In this document: piece after piece, positions 18,546 through 27,991 of the stretch
How positions within the stretch are numbered: the stretch's first letter is position 1
Layout of the letters: every line of letters begins with the position of its first letter
Origin: Paludibacteraceae bacterium
GTDB lineage: Bacteria; Bacteroidota; Bacteroidia; Bacteroidales; Paludibacteraceae
Assembly: GCA_024401455.1 (NCBI GenBank)
Contig: JAKSLA010000011.1
Location: forward strand, 1,894-65,893
Length of the DNA stretch: 64,000 nt
Reading direction: 5' to 3'
Notes under the pieces: model-generated
What the model was told of the DNA's origin: nothing
What the model saw: the letters and a program-made list of their open reading frames with translations, nothing else
Databases searched by the model: none
Position numbers and translations under genes: made by a program

Positions 18546-20270
18546 ATGAGTTTATTGGATTTGAGTGAACAGGAAATCCTAAGGCGTGAGAGCCTAAAGG
18601 AGTTGCGGGCAATGGGTATAGATCCATATCCTGCTGCAGAATATGTCGTTACTGATTATTCGACAAATATCAAAAGTGAGTTCTCTGACGACGCTCCACG
18701 CAAGGAGGTATCAATTGCAGGACGTGTGATGAGCCGCCGTATCATGGGTAAGGCATCGTTCATGGAGTTGCAGGATAGCAAAGGCCGTGTTCAGGTCTAT
18801 ATCTCTCGTGATGATCTTTGTCCTGGAGAAAACAAGGACACATATAACGTGGTTTTCAAAAAGTTGCTCGACATTGGTGACTTTGTAGGAATCAAAGGAT
18901 TCGTGTTCCGTACGCAAATGGGAGAAATCTCCGTTCATGCAGAGGAATTGACCGTTTTGAGCAAGAGCCTTAAGCCGCTTCCAATCGTAAAATATAAGGA
19001 TGGTGTGGCATACGACGCATTCGACGACCCTGAACTTCGTTACCGTCAGCGTTATGTTGACTTGGTGGTGAACGAAGGCGTGAAGGAGACATTCTTGAAG
19101 CGTGCTACCATCGTCCGCACTATACGCAACATTTTGGACAACGCAGGATATACGGAGGTTGACACTCCAATCCTTCAAAGTATCGCAGGTGGTGCATCTG
19201 CCCGTCCATTCATCACGCATTTCAATGCTCTTAACCAAGATATGTACATGCGTATCGCTACGGAACTTTACTTGAAGCGTTTGATCGTTGGAGGATTCGA
19301 GGGCGTGTATGAGATGGGAAAGAACTTCCGTAACGAGGGTATGGATAAGACTCACAACCCTGAGTTCACTTGTATGGAACTTTACGTCTCTTACAAGGAT
19401 TTGAATTGGGGTATGGACTTCACAGAGAAGATGCTTGAGCAGATCTGTATCGCAGCCAACGGTAAGCCGGAGGTTGAGATCGATGGTAAGGTTATCTCGT
19501 TCAAGGCTCCGTTCCGTCGTCTTCCTATCCTTGACGCCATCAAGGAGAAAACGGGTTACGATTTATATCCGATGAGCGAGGAAGAAATCCGCGAGACCGC
19601 TAAGAAACTCGGTATCGAGGTTGACGAGACAATGGGTAAGGGTAAGCTTATCGACGAAATCTTCGGAGAGACTTGTGAAGGCGACTTTATCCAACCTACG
19701 TTCATCTGCGACTATCCGGTTGAGATGTCTCCACTTACCAAAATGCACCGTTCTAAGCCAGGTTTGACTGAGCGTTTTGAGTTGATGGTCAATGGTAAGG
19801 AGCTTGCTAATGCATATTCGGAGCTTAACGACCCAATCGATCAGGAGCAGAGATTCATCGACCAGATGAAACTTGCCGATAAGGGCGACGATGAAGCGAT
19901 GATCATCGACCACGACTTCCTTCGTGCTCTTCAATATGGTATGCCTCCAACATTCGGTATTGGTATCGGTATCGACCGTTTGGTGATGCTTATGACTGGT
20001 AAGTTCGCTATCGGTGAGGTAATGTTGTTCCCTCAAATGAAGCCTGAGGTGACACAAGCGAAGGATGCAAAGTCAAAGTATGTGGAACTTGGTATTCCTG
20101 AAGAGTGGGTTGAAGTAATCCAAAAGGCAGGTTTCTTGACAATCGAAAGCTTGAAGGAGTGTAATCCAAACAAGTTGCACCAAGATATTTGCGGCTTGAA
20201 TAAGAAATATAAACTTGATTTGGCTAACCCTGCTCGCGAAGAGGTCGCAGAGTGGATTGGCAAAATTTGA
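18546..20270 (+). CDS. lysS: Lysine--tRNA ligase (class II)
   Basis: 574 aa. It has an OB-fold N-terminal region and class II motifs (FRNEGMDKTHNPEFT; GMPPTFGIGIGIDRLVM). The C-terminal extension is as seen in Bacteroidetes LysS. Confidence 0.95.
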   Translation: MSLLDLSEQEILRRESLKELRAMGIDPYPAAEYVVTDYSTNIKSEFSDDAPRKEVSIAGRVMSRRIMGKASFMELQDSKGRVQVYISRDDLCPGENKDTYNVVFKKLLDIGDFVGIKGFVFRTQMGEISVHAEELTVLSKSLKPLPIVKYKDGVAYDAFDDPELRYRQRYVDLVVNEGVKETFLKRATIVRTIRNILDNAGYTEVDTPILQSIAGGASARPFITHFNALNQDMYMRIATELYLKRLIVGGFEGVYEMGKNFRNEGMDKTHNPEFTCMELYVSYKDLNWGMDFTEKMLEQICIAANGKPEVEIDGKVISFKAPFRRLPILDAIKEKTGYDLYPMSEEEIRETAKKLGIEVDETMGKGKLIDEIFGETCEGDFIQPTFICDYPVEMSPLTKMHRSKPGLTERFELMVNGKELANAYSELNDPIDQEQRFIDQMKLADKGDDEAMIIDHDFLRALQYGMPPTFGIGIGIDRLVMLMTGKFAIGEVMLFPQMKPEVTQAKDAKSKYVELGIPEEWVEVIQKAGFLTIESLKECNPNKLHQDICGLNKKYKLDLANPAREEVAEWIGKI

Positions 20271-20272
20271 TT

Positions 20273-21274
20273 ATGGAGGTAAAAGAACCAAAAATAGCAG
20301 TTTTGGGTGGTGGTAGCTGGGCTACTGCCATCGCCAAAATTTGTCTGATGAATCCGGAACGAAGTATCAATTGGTATCTTCGCAGGCAAGACCAAATTGA
20401 CGATTTCAAACGCCTCGGACGAAATCCGTCGTATTTGTCATCTGTTCAATTTGATACGAACAGAATCAATTTCAACGCCGATTTGAATGAAGTGGTAAGG
20501 TCATCAGACATCTTGATCTTCGCCACTCCATCCCCTTTCTTGAAGTCTCACCTTCAGAAATTGACGGAATCGTTGAGTGATAAGATTGTCGTCTCTGCCA
20601 TCAAAGGTATCGTGCCGGATGAAAATATGATTATATCGGATTATTTCCGTACGGTTTATAATGTGTCGGACGATAATCTGATGGTCATCTCTGGTCCGTG
20701 TCACGCAGAGGAGGTGGCTTTGGCTCGGCTTTCTTATTTGACCATCGGTTGCCAAAACAGGGAGAACGGCAAATTGTTGGCCGGAATGATGGCTTGTAAC
20801 TTTGTGAAGACGGCTGTTATTGATGATGTGGATGGTTTGGAGTATGCTTCTGTATTGAAGAACGTCTATGCCATCGCAGCGGGTCTTTGCCACGGTTTGA
20901 AGTATGGCGACAACTTCCAAGCCGTGCTTATCTCGAATGCAATTCAGGAGATGCTCCGATTCATCAACATTGTGAGCCAAAAGCATAGAAACATCAAGGA
21001 GTCGGCTTATTTGGGCGACTTGTTGGTGACGGCTTACTCCAAGTTTAGCCGTAACCGCACGTTTGGAACGATGATTGGTAAAGGCTACTCGGTGAAGACT
21101 GCTCAATTGGAGATGGAGATGATCGCTGAAGGTTATTATGGTACAAAATGTATCAAGGAGATCAATGAACGGTACAAGGTCAACATGCCGATTTTGGATG
21201 CCGTTTACAACATCCTTTACGGCAAGATTTCTCCAGCCATCGAGGTTAAATTATTGACGGACTACTTGCGTTGA
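20273..21274 (+). CDS. gpsA: NAD(P)H-dependent glycerol-3-phosphate dehydrogenase
   Basis: Rossmann start KIAVLGGGSWATAIAK. I prefer the MEVKEPK start (20273) over the track start (20252), which overlaps lysS. Confidence 0.9.
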   Translation: MEVKEPKIAVLGGGSWATAIAKICLMNPERSINWYLRRQDQIDDFKRLGRNPSYLSSVQFDTNRINFNADLNEVVRSSDILIFATPSPFLKSHLQKLTESLSDKIVVSAIKGIVPDENMIISDYFRTVYNVSDDNLMVISGPCHAEEVALARLSYLTIGCQNRENGKLLAGMMACNFVKTAVIDDVDGLEYASVLKNVYAIAAGLCHGLKYGDNFQAVLISNAIQEMLRFINIVSQKHRNIKESAYLGDLLVTAYSKFSRNRTFGTMIGKGYSVKTAQLEMEMIAEGYYGTKCIKEINERYKVNMPILDAVYNILYGKISPAIEVKLLTDYLR

Positions 21275-21316
21275 TTCGTCGCTTAAGATTAGATTTTTCG
21301 TAAATAACAAAATAGA

Positions 21317-22663
21317 ATGGAAAACATTAAATTGAACATTGAAAACGCATTCCCTTTCATCTGCAAGGATTGCGTTAATGCTTATGAGTCAAAGGTAAAG
21401 GAGTGCATGGAAATGTTGCACAAGGGTACTGGTCTTGGAAACGATTTCTTGGGCTGGTTGAACTTGCCATCTTCTATCACTGAGAAGTTTATGGACGAGG
21501 TTATCGCAGTTGCCAACGATTTGCGTAGCCGTTGCGAGGTTGTTGTTGTCGCTGGTATCGGTGGTAGCTACCTTGGTGCTCGTTCTGTAATCGATGCACT
21601 TTCAAACTATTTCGGCTGGTTGCAACAGGACAAGAAGAATCCTGTTATCGTATTTGCTGGAAACAACATTGGTGAGGATTATTTGGCTGAACTTTCTGCT
21701 TACTTGAAGAATAAGGAGTTCGGTATCATCAATATCTCTAAGTCAGGTACTACTACTGAGACTGCTTTGGCATTCCGTATCTTGAAGACTCAATTGGAGG
21801 AGCAAGTTGGAAAGGCAGAGGCTAAGAACCGTATCGTTGCTGTAACTGACGCCGCTAAGGGTGCATTGCGTACTTTGGCTACTCAAGAGGGTTATGAGAC
21901 TTATGTAATTCCTGATAATGTTGGTGGTCGTTTCTCTGTCCTTACTCCAGTAGGTTTGTTGCCAATCGCTGTTGCTGGCTTCGATATCAAGAAGTTGGTT
22001 GCTGGTGCTAAGAAGATGCAAGAGATGTGTAACATCGACGTTCCATTCTCAAAGAACCCTGCTGCTCAATACGCTGCTGTTCGTAACGAGTTGTACCAAA
22101 AGGGTAAGAAGATCGAGATCTTGGTTAACTACCATCCTAAATTGCACTTCATCGGTGAGTGGTGGAAGCAACTTTACGGAGAGTCTGAGGGTAAGGATTT
22201 GAAGGGTATTTTCCCTGCTGCTGTTGATTTCTCAACTGACCTTCACTCTATGGGTCAATGGATCCAAGAGGGTGAGCGTACTATCTTCGAGACTGTTATC
22301 TCTATCAAGAGAGCTAACAAGAAGGTGGTTGTTCCTTCTGACAAGGAGAACTTGGACGGTTTGAACTTCTTGGCTGGTAAGCGTGTTGACGAGGTGAACA
22401 AGATGGCTGAGTTGGGCGTTGTTTTGGCTCACGTGGATGGTCAAGTTCCTAACTTGCACATCGATCTTCCTGCATTGAACGAGTACTACATCGGTCAATT
22501 GTTCTACTTCTTCGAGAAGGCTTGTGGTATCAGCGGTTATTTGTTGGAGGTTAACCCATTCAACCAACCAGGTGTTGAGGCTTACAAGAAGAACATGTTC
22601 GCATTGCTTGGCAAGCCAGGTTACGAGAAGGAGACTGAGGCTATCAAGGCAAGATTGAAGTAA
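21317..22663 (+). CDS. pgi: Glucose-6-phosphate isomerase
   Basis: 448 aa with PGI/SIS signatures ([35 protein letters not shown]). Confidence 0.95.
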   Translation: MENIKLNIENAFPFICKDCVNAYESKVKECMEMLHKGTGLGNDFLGWLNLPSSITEKFMDEVIAVANDLRSRCEVVVVAGIGGSYLGARSVIDALSNYFGWLQQDKKNPVIVFAGNNIGEDYLAELSAYLKNKEFGIINISKSGTTTETALAFRILKTQLEEQVGKAEAKNRIVAVTDAAKGALRTLATQEGYETYVIPDNVGGRFSVLTPVGLLPIAVAGFDIKKLVAGAKKMQEMCNIDVPFSKNPAAQYAAVRNELYQKGKKIEILVNYHPKLHFIGEWWKQLYGESEGKDLKGIFPAAVDFSTDLHSMGQWIQEGERTIFETVISIKRANKKVVVPSDKENLDGLNFLAGKRVDEVNKMAELGVVLAHVDGQVPNLHIDLPALNEYYIGQLFYFFEKACGISGYLLEVNPFNQPGVEAYKKNMFALLGKPGYEKETEAIKARLK

Positions 22664-22688
22664 TTCATCCGACATATTGAAGTTAAGG

Positions 22689-22721
22689 AAGGCATGGGGA
22701 AACTCATGCCTTCTTTTTTTT
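22689..22721 (+). terminator. Rho-independent terminator after pgi
   Basis: 8-bp stem AAGGCATG / CATGCCTT with an 8-nt loop, followed by a C and a T-run. Confidence 0.7.
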
Positions 22722-22890
22722 GTTTAAGTATTGGGGGAAGGAAACATTCAATTAGTTTCATCGACAATCCAGACCATAATATCAACCGAACAAATTTTGC
22801 CGATTCGAGGGGGGGGCTATTTTTGCACAGATGGAAGATGTTAATAGTGATGAACCAATAGAGATATAGAAAAGACAGTTTACGCTCCCC

Positions 22891-22933
22891 CTATAACCCC
22901 GTACATGAAACGAAGACATGTGCGGGGTTATAG
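22891..22933. repeat. 17-bp-stem hairpin, a compact member of the dispersed ACGGGGTTAT/ATAACCCCGT repeat family
   Basis: CTATAACCCCGTACATG (22891-22907), a 9-nt loop, then CATGTGCGGGGTTATAG (22917-22933), with one G-U position. The following GAGGTAGCGTC matches the repeat blocks at 55.5 and 57.5 kb. Confidence 0.8.
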
Positions 22934-22969
22934 CTATGAGTGAGCTGCTGAGGTAGCGTCCTTCCCCCT

Positions 22970-23644
22970 TTATTCCTCCTTTTCAAACGACTTGCCGTTC
23001 CATTTGTATTTACAAACATAACCTTCCGTCTCTGCGTCGGAATTGATGCAGATTAGGAGTTCTGTGTGTGAAGTGAATCTGTAGAGTGGGTTGGTTACCT
23101 CTGTTGTTTGGCATAGTTTGTCCCAATCTTCCTGGGCGTAGTTTTCTGGCTTGATGGCGTCCTTCATGCTTGGATATAGATCGAAGTCACACTTTTTTAG
23201 GTTGCCGTCTTTGTATGTGTATGCTGCCTTTTGAAGAACAACTGATCCGTCGCATCCATTCTCATAGGTCCAATAGACCTTAAAAGAACCGTCTTCTACT
23301 GCATAACATTGCAAGTTGAAGGAGTGATAGTCACATTCGCCCAATGCAATGAATTTTGAGAGGTTCATGAAGTTGGTGAGTTCGGAATCTTCTCTTTTGA
23401 TGTCCTTGAACAAGTCAGGAAGGTCTTTTTTGTTGATTAGTTGGTAAACCTCAAAGGCAATGTCTTTGTCAACGGGAAGTTTGATTTCCTCTTCTTTGGC
23501 TTCTTCTGCCGTTGGAGTTGTTGCTGTTACTGAGTCGATTGCAATGGATCCGGCATTAGAGGTTTGTGGAGCATTGTTGACGTTTTGGTTCCCTGTGCAT
23601 GATGCCAATAATAATAAGCCTAAGCAGTAATGATGAATCTTCAT
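22970..23644 (-). CDS. Hypothetical lipoprotein
   Basis: 224 aa with lipobox LLLASC-TGNQ. No recognisable domain. Confidence 0.55.
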   Translation of the reverse strand: MKIHHYCLGLLLLASCTGNQNVNNAPQTSNAGSIAIDSVTATTPTAEEAKEEEIKLPVDKDIAFEVYQLINKKDLPDLFKDIKREDSELTNFMNLSKFIALGECDYHSFNLQCYAVEDGSFKVYWTYENGCDGSVVLQKAAYTYKDGNLKKCDFDLYPSMKDAIKPENYAQEDWDKLCQTTEVTNPLYRFTSHTELLICINSDAETEGYVCKYKWNGKSFEKEE

Positions 23645-23680
23645 TTGAAAATGATTTTGAGTGAGTAGGATGTGTATTGT

Positions 23681-23878
23681 GGTGACCTCTATAAATTCAC
23701 CGATTTTAAGAAATAAATGAGATTGTGCCCTCGGAAATCTTTTCGGAGCTTTTTGTTTTATTTTGGCATCTTGCTGTTTGTCAGTCGGTCACAGTGCTCG
23801 CACTGCTCCCTCCTTCCGCGCAGCAATCTGCTCAAAATAATTCCAAAAATCTCTTGAAATGAATTTATAGAGGTCACC
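23681..23878. repeat. 198-bp segment bounded by perfect 19-bp inverted repeats (inverton or MITE-like)
   Basis: GGTGACCTCTATAAATTCA (23681-23699) is the exact reverse complement of TGAATTTATAGAGGTCACC (23860-23878). The left arm lies 37 nt upstream of the lipoprotein ATG (23644). Confidence 0.85.
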
Positions 23879-23941
23879 TTATAAGAAAAAGAGGGGCAAC
23901 GAGTGGTTGTCCCTCTTGTAAGTGTGTCTAACCTAATTGGA

Positions 23942-24973
23942 TTAGTCCATAACAGTTACCCAGTTGTGCTTGTCAGCGGCACGACCGTATTGAATGTCGC
24001 GAAGGCTATCGTAAAGCTTCTTGCTCCAACCGCCAGGTTGCTCGCCTTCTTTGACGAATACGTAAGACTTCTTAGTGTCCAAGTCGTCGATACGGCCGAT
24101 AGGGCTGATAACGGCAGCAGTACCGCAAGCACCAGCCTCTTCGAATGTCTCCAACTCTTCGATAGGAATTTGTCTGCGCTCAACCTTCATGCCCAACTCC
24201 TCTGCCAATGTCATCAAACTCATGTTGGTGATAGACGGAAGGATAGAAGTAGAAAGTGGAGTTACGTATGTATTGTTCTTGATGCCGAAGAAGTTGGCTG
24301 CACCAGCCTCGTCGATGTACTTCTTCTCTTTTGCGTCAAGATAAAACTCGCAAGAGTAACCCAAGTCATGCGCCTTCTTGTTTGCCAAAAGGCTGGCAGC
24401 GTAGTTACCTCCGACTTTGTAGATACCTGTTCCCAATGGGGCTGAACGGTCGAAATCACGGATGACTACGTATGGGTTAGCTTGGAAACCACCCTTGAAG
24501 TAAGGGCCTACTGGCGTTACGAAGATGACGAAAAGGTACTCAGTAGCAGGGCGTACACCTACTTGTGCGCCTGTACCGATAAGGAGCGGACGGATGTAAA
24601 GTGATGCGCCACTCTCGTAAGGTGGGATGAAACGCTCGTTCAACTTAACGACCTTCTTTACCATCTCGACGAACTTCTCAGTTGGCAACTCTGGCATCAA
24701 GATACCACGGCAAGTTGACTGGAGGCGCTCTGCGTTAGCCTCAGGGCGGAAGATGCGGATCTTGCCGTCTGGACATCTATACGCTTTCAATCCCTCAAAT
24801 GCCTCTTGGCCATAGTGCAAACAAGTTGCAGCCATGTGTATGTTGATGGATTCTGATGAACTCACTTCGATTTCGCCCCATGCTCCGTTTCTGAAGTAGC
24901 AGCGAACATTGTAATCTGTGGGCATGTATCCGAATGATAGGTTAGCCCAATCTATTTTTTCAGACATATTCAA
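23942..24973 (-). CDS. ilvE: Branched-chain amino acid aminotransferase
   Basis: 343 aa. Class IV aminotransferase pattern (FEGLKAYR, GTGIYKVGGNYAASLL, GACGTAAVISPI). Confidence 0.9.
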   Translation of the reverse strand: MNMSEKIDWANLSFGYMPTDYNVRCYFRNGAWGEIEVSSSESINIHMAATCLHYGQEAFEGLKAYRCPDGKIRIFRPEANAERLQSTCRGILMPELPTEKFVEMVKKVVKLNERFIPPYESGASLYIRPLLIGTGAQVGVRPATEYLFVIFVTPVGPYFKGGFQANPYVVIRDFDRSAPLGTGIYKVGGNYAASLLANKKAHDLGYSCEFYLDAKEKKYIDEAGAANFFGIKNNTYVTPLSTSILPSITNMSLMTLAEELGMKVERRQIPIEELETFEEAGACGTAAVISPIGRIDDLDTKKSYVFVKEGEQPGGWSKKLYDSLRDIQYGRAADKHNWVTVMD

Positions 24974-25105
24974 CTGTGTTTATTATTGATTTCTAATGAT
25001 TCTCTATTTTATCCCAAAATTAATAAAAATAACCTAACAATGTTTTTTGTATATAGGATAAAATGTTGGAGTGCTGATAAAAATGTGCGATGAGGTGCTT
25101 GTTTT

Positions 25106-25141
25106 AGAGAAAAAAGAAAATCCCCGACATTTCTGCCGAGG
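25106..25141 (-). terminator. Rho-independent terminator of the rpmB-rpmG-DUF4295 operon
   Basis: On the minus strand: CCUCGGCA-GAAA-UGUCGGGG (includes G-U pairs), followed by AUUUUCUUUUUU. Confidence 0.65.
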
Positions 25142-25169
25142 ATTTGTATGTGTATAGACACGAATGAAC

Positions 25170-25322
25170 TTATTTAGCCAAGTGCTCCTTCACCTTGTCA
25201 TTGTGAATGATTTGCTCGTCGAAGTAGTAAGCTCCTGTCTTTGGAGATTTAACCATCTTGATTACCTTAGCGTAAGCACGACCTTCTCCTTTTTGCATTG
25301 ATGCAACTGCTTTCTTTGCCAT
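25170..25322 (-). CDS. Small DUF4295-family protein (50 aa) downstream of L33
   Basis: Not in the ORF track because it is under 60 aa. Hand translation gives MAKKAVASMQKGEGRAYAKVIKMVKSPKTGAYYFDEQIIHNDKVKEHLAK. Its position after rpmG matches the conserved Bacteroidetes arrangement as I recall it. Confidence 0.7.
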   Translation of the reverse strand: MAKKAVASMQKGEGRAYAKVIKMVKSPKTGAYYFDEQIIHNDKVKEHLAK

Positions 25323-25334
25323 AGTCTATAAATT

Positions 25335-25523
25335 TTACTTGATTTCCTTGTGAACTGTTACCTTCTTCAAATAAGGGTTGTATTTCTTCAACTCCAAACG
25401 GTCAGGAGTGTTCTTTCTGTTCTTAGTAGTGATGTAACGAGACATGCCAGGAACACCGCTAGCCTTTTGCTCTGTACACTCAAGAATAACTTGAACTCTA
25501 TTTTCTTTGCTTTTCTTTGCCAT
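25335..25523 (-). CDS. rpmG: 50S ribosomal protein L33
   Basis: 62 aa: [20 protein letters not shown]...[21 protein letters not shown]. Confidence 0.95.
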   Translation of the reverse strand: MAKKSKENRVQVILECTEQKASGVPGMSRYITTKNRKNTPDRLELKKYNPYLKKVTVHKEIK

Positions 25524-25542
25524 TTCTGTTTCCTCCTAAGAA

Positions 25543-25776
25543 TTAAATGCGACCTTTCTTTGCTGCATCGATCAATGCTGCGTTAATACCCTTTTTGTTG
25601 ATGGTACGAAGACCCTTAGCTGAAACTTTCAAAACGATCCACTCGTCTTGCTCTGGCCAATAGAACTTCTTTGAAAACAAATTAACGTCGAACGACTTCT
25701 TGGTTCTTCTCTTTGAGTGAGAAACGTTGTTACCATTCATCGCTCTTTTACCGGTGATTTGACAAACTTTTGACAT
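25543..25776 (-). CDS. rpmB: 50S ribosomal protein L28
   Basis: 77 aa: [29 protein letters not shown]. Confidence 0.95.
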   Translation of the reverse strand: MSKVCQITGKRAMNGNNVSHSKRRTKKSFDVNLFSKKFYWPEQDEWIVLKVSAKGLRTINKKGINAALIDAAKKGRI

Positions 25777-25937
25777 TTCTGTATTCTTATGATTTGTTAT
25801 TCACATAAAAAACCGTACTACCAGATTCCCGTCCCCGAAGGAGAAGCGTAACTACAGAAATCATAAAAAAAGAGCACTGCGTTTTCTAATATTTAAAATT
25901 TGATCAATGACTTTCCCTGTTTGCATCTAGTGGGATT

Positions 25938-26450
25938 TCATTTTTCGGATGCAAAGGTAATGCTTTTTTGCTTTTGAACAAACTCTTTCAATAGAAAAAA
26001 AACTTCAAGGGTGGCTTTTTCTATGTTTTCCTTCCGGTCCGTACCGAAAAGGCATTTCTGGCTGATGACGTTTTCACCGTCGGAGGCGGCCATCCAAACT
26101 GTTCCGACTGGTTTTTCAGGACTTCCTCCGCCTGGGCCCGCAATACCTGAGGTGGATACGGCAAAGGTGGTTTTCAACGCCTTGGCTGCACCTTTCGCCA
26201 TTTGCTCCACTACGGGCTGGCTTACGGCCCCCTCTCGTTCTAAATCGTCTGCTTTGACGCCCAAAAGATTCATCTTCACTTCGTTGGAGTAGGAGACGAT
26301 TCCCCCGTTGAAAATGGCGGAACTGCCTGGAATAAGGGTGATGTTATGGGCAATGTTGCCGCCCGTGCAACTCTCTGCAGTGGATAGGGTCCATCCGTTT
26401 TCACTGAACTTTTGTATGATTTCTCTGACTATTTCTTCTGTCTTGTTCAT
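25938..26450 (-). CDS. pncC: CinA C-terminal domain protein / nicotinamide-nucleotide amidohydrolase
   Basis: Signature LSTAESCTGGNIAH. I prefer the MNKTEEIV start (26450) to the track start (26537). Confidence 0.8.
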   Translation of the reverse strand: MNKTEEIVREIIQKFSENGWTLSTAESCTGGNIAHNITLIPGSSAIFNGGIVSYSNEVKMNLLGVKADDLEREGAVSQPVVEQMAKGAAKALKTTFAVSTSGIAGPGGGSPEKPVGTVWMAASDGENVISQKCLFGTDRKENIEKATLEVFFLLKEFVQKQKSITFASEK

Positions 26451-26631
26451 CTTCTGCTTCCTTTTTATTATGTTGTTCCAGAAATCTATTTTTACAAAGG
26501 TAGTTTGAAAATTTGCTATATTTTTACTGCTTAACACAAAAAAAGTTTAAATTTGCGTGCTTTTCTGTTGGGAAAAGTTTTGCTATTGCTATTAAAACTT
26601 TGTTTACTATTCGATAATAAGTTGACAGAAG

Positions 26632-27849
26632 ATGAGTCTTATTCATAAATTGGCGGTTCTTGCATTCGTGATGATTTTCACGTGGGTGCCTGAAATTCAT
26701 GCTCAGAAGAACATGATTTTCAGAATGAAGACCGATGCATTTGCGGGTAAGGCGAGTGGGGGCGGCGGCTATGTCGGCGGTCTGGAGACGGATTTGGAGT
26801 TGCCTATGTATGGCGATGAGAATCTTGACTACACCTTCAATTTCCCGTCGTTGGGTTTTGCTTTGGGTGCCCTCAAAACAGAAAACTTCGATTATATAGA
26901 TCCTGTAATCTATACGTATCCCTATTTCTTATATCCAATCATTCATAAGCCGGCGTTCGAACTGAATATGAAGTTCGGTTTGGGTATCGCTACGAATGTT
27001 CATTATGGCGACTCCATCAATGGAAAGATGTTCCCTGTGACGGGAGTCGGTACGGCAGGCTTGTATCTGGATTTTGCTTTGGGTAAGTTGTATGGCAAAC
27101 CTCGCTCGCAATGGATGATCTCTTTGGGAGGAAATGTGATGGGCTTCCATAATGGTCATGTGCTTCGTCGTGCGAAATCGTTCTATATGGCCGATGCGGT
27201 TTTAGGACTAAGATATACACCGAATGTTAATCCGTTGCCGATGAAGGACAAGCCGAAGAAGGTGCGTCGTGTCTTGGCTATGGAGGGAAGTTTGCAAGGT
27301 GGCGCCCAACAGTTGGACCGTGATGACGAGTGGCATGTTTATCCTAATGCTTCTTTAAGTTATGGCTTCTATTTGCCGATAACGAATGGTTGGCGTCTCG
27401 GATTGGGTGCCGATGCTATGTATAATACCATTTATGACGGTACGCAACGAACGGAAAACACCCGCTATAATTTTATAACGGAAGACGACCCGATGACAAA
27501 ATTCCGTGTGGGCGGTTTCTTCGCTTGCGATTTTACAATTTATCGTTTGACGGCGGGTGTGCATGTGGGTGCTTATCTGTATGATAAGATTATCGTCCCA
27601 GATGAGGACGAGAACGGGGTAAAGAACGACAATCCTTCGGAGAATTTTATGTATGAGAAGTTGGTGACGAAATACTATATAACCAAGAATTTCTATTGCT
27701 TGCTACAAGTGAAAACGCACTTGAAGGAGGTGGAGTGCGCAGAAATGGGATTTGGCTTTGCCGTTCCTGATTTCGGTTCTCGTGTGAAAAATCCGTTTGC
27801 TCGAATCTCTTTCAAAAAGGAGAACTGGAAAGAGTTGAAGATAGATTGA
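26632..27849 (+). CDS. Putative outer-membrane beta-barrel protein (possibly acyloxyacyl-hydrolase-like)
   Basis: 405 aa with signal peptide (VPEIHAQ) and alternating Gly/aromatic beta-strand pattern. The family assignment is a guess. Confidence 0.45.
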   Translation: MSLIHKLAVLAFVMIFTWVPEIHAQKNMIFRMKTDAFAGKASGGGGYVGGLETDLELPMYGDENLDYTFNFPSLGFALGALKTENFDYIDPVIYTYPYFLYPIIHKPAFELNMKFGLGIATNVHYGDSINGKMFPVTGVGTAGLYLDFALGKLYGKPRSQWMISLGGNVMGFHNGHVLRRAKSFYMADAVLGLRYTPNVNPLPMKDKPKKVRRVLAMEGSLQGGAQQLDRDDEWHVYPNASLSYGFYLPITNGWRLGLGADAMYNTIYDGTQRTENTRYNFITEDDPMTKFRVGGFFACDFTIYRLTAGVHVGAYLYDKIIVPDEDENGVKNDNPSENFMYEKLVTKYYITKNFYCLLQVKTHLKEVECAEMGFGFAVPDFGSRVKNPFARISFKKENWKELKID

Positions 27850-27881
27850 TTCCCATCATCGACATAGACAATGATACTCAA

Positions 27882-27906
27882 AAACAGCGTCTGTAAGACG
27901 CTGTTT
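27882..27906. terminator. 11-bp-stem hairpin between convergent genes; member of the GCGTCT-N3-AGACGC hairpin family
   Basis: AAACAGCGTCT-GTA-AGACGCTGTTT, followed by CAGTAACCCCGTACAGG, which matches repeat block 2. Confidence 0.6.
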
Positions 27907-27991
27907 CAGTAACCCCGTACAGGCACAACACGGTAGTGGTGTGTATGTGGGGGCAGACCGATATGTGCTACCGTAACTTTGAAGTGTCGCT

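Noticed and set aside
18711-19355. 214-aa minus-strand ORF within lysS; also 19563-20057, 20504-21106 and 22232-22675 within lysS, gpsA and pgi
   Set aside because: These are shadow ORFs opposite highly conserved housekeeping genes.
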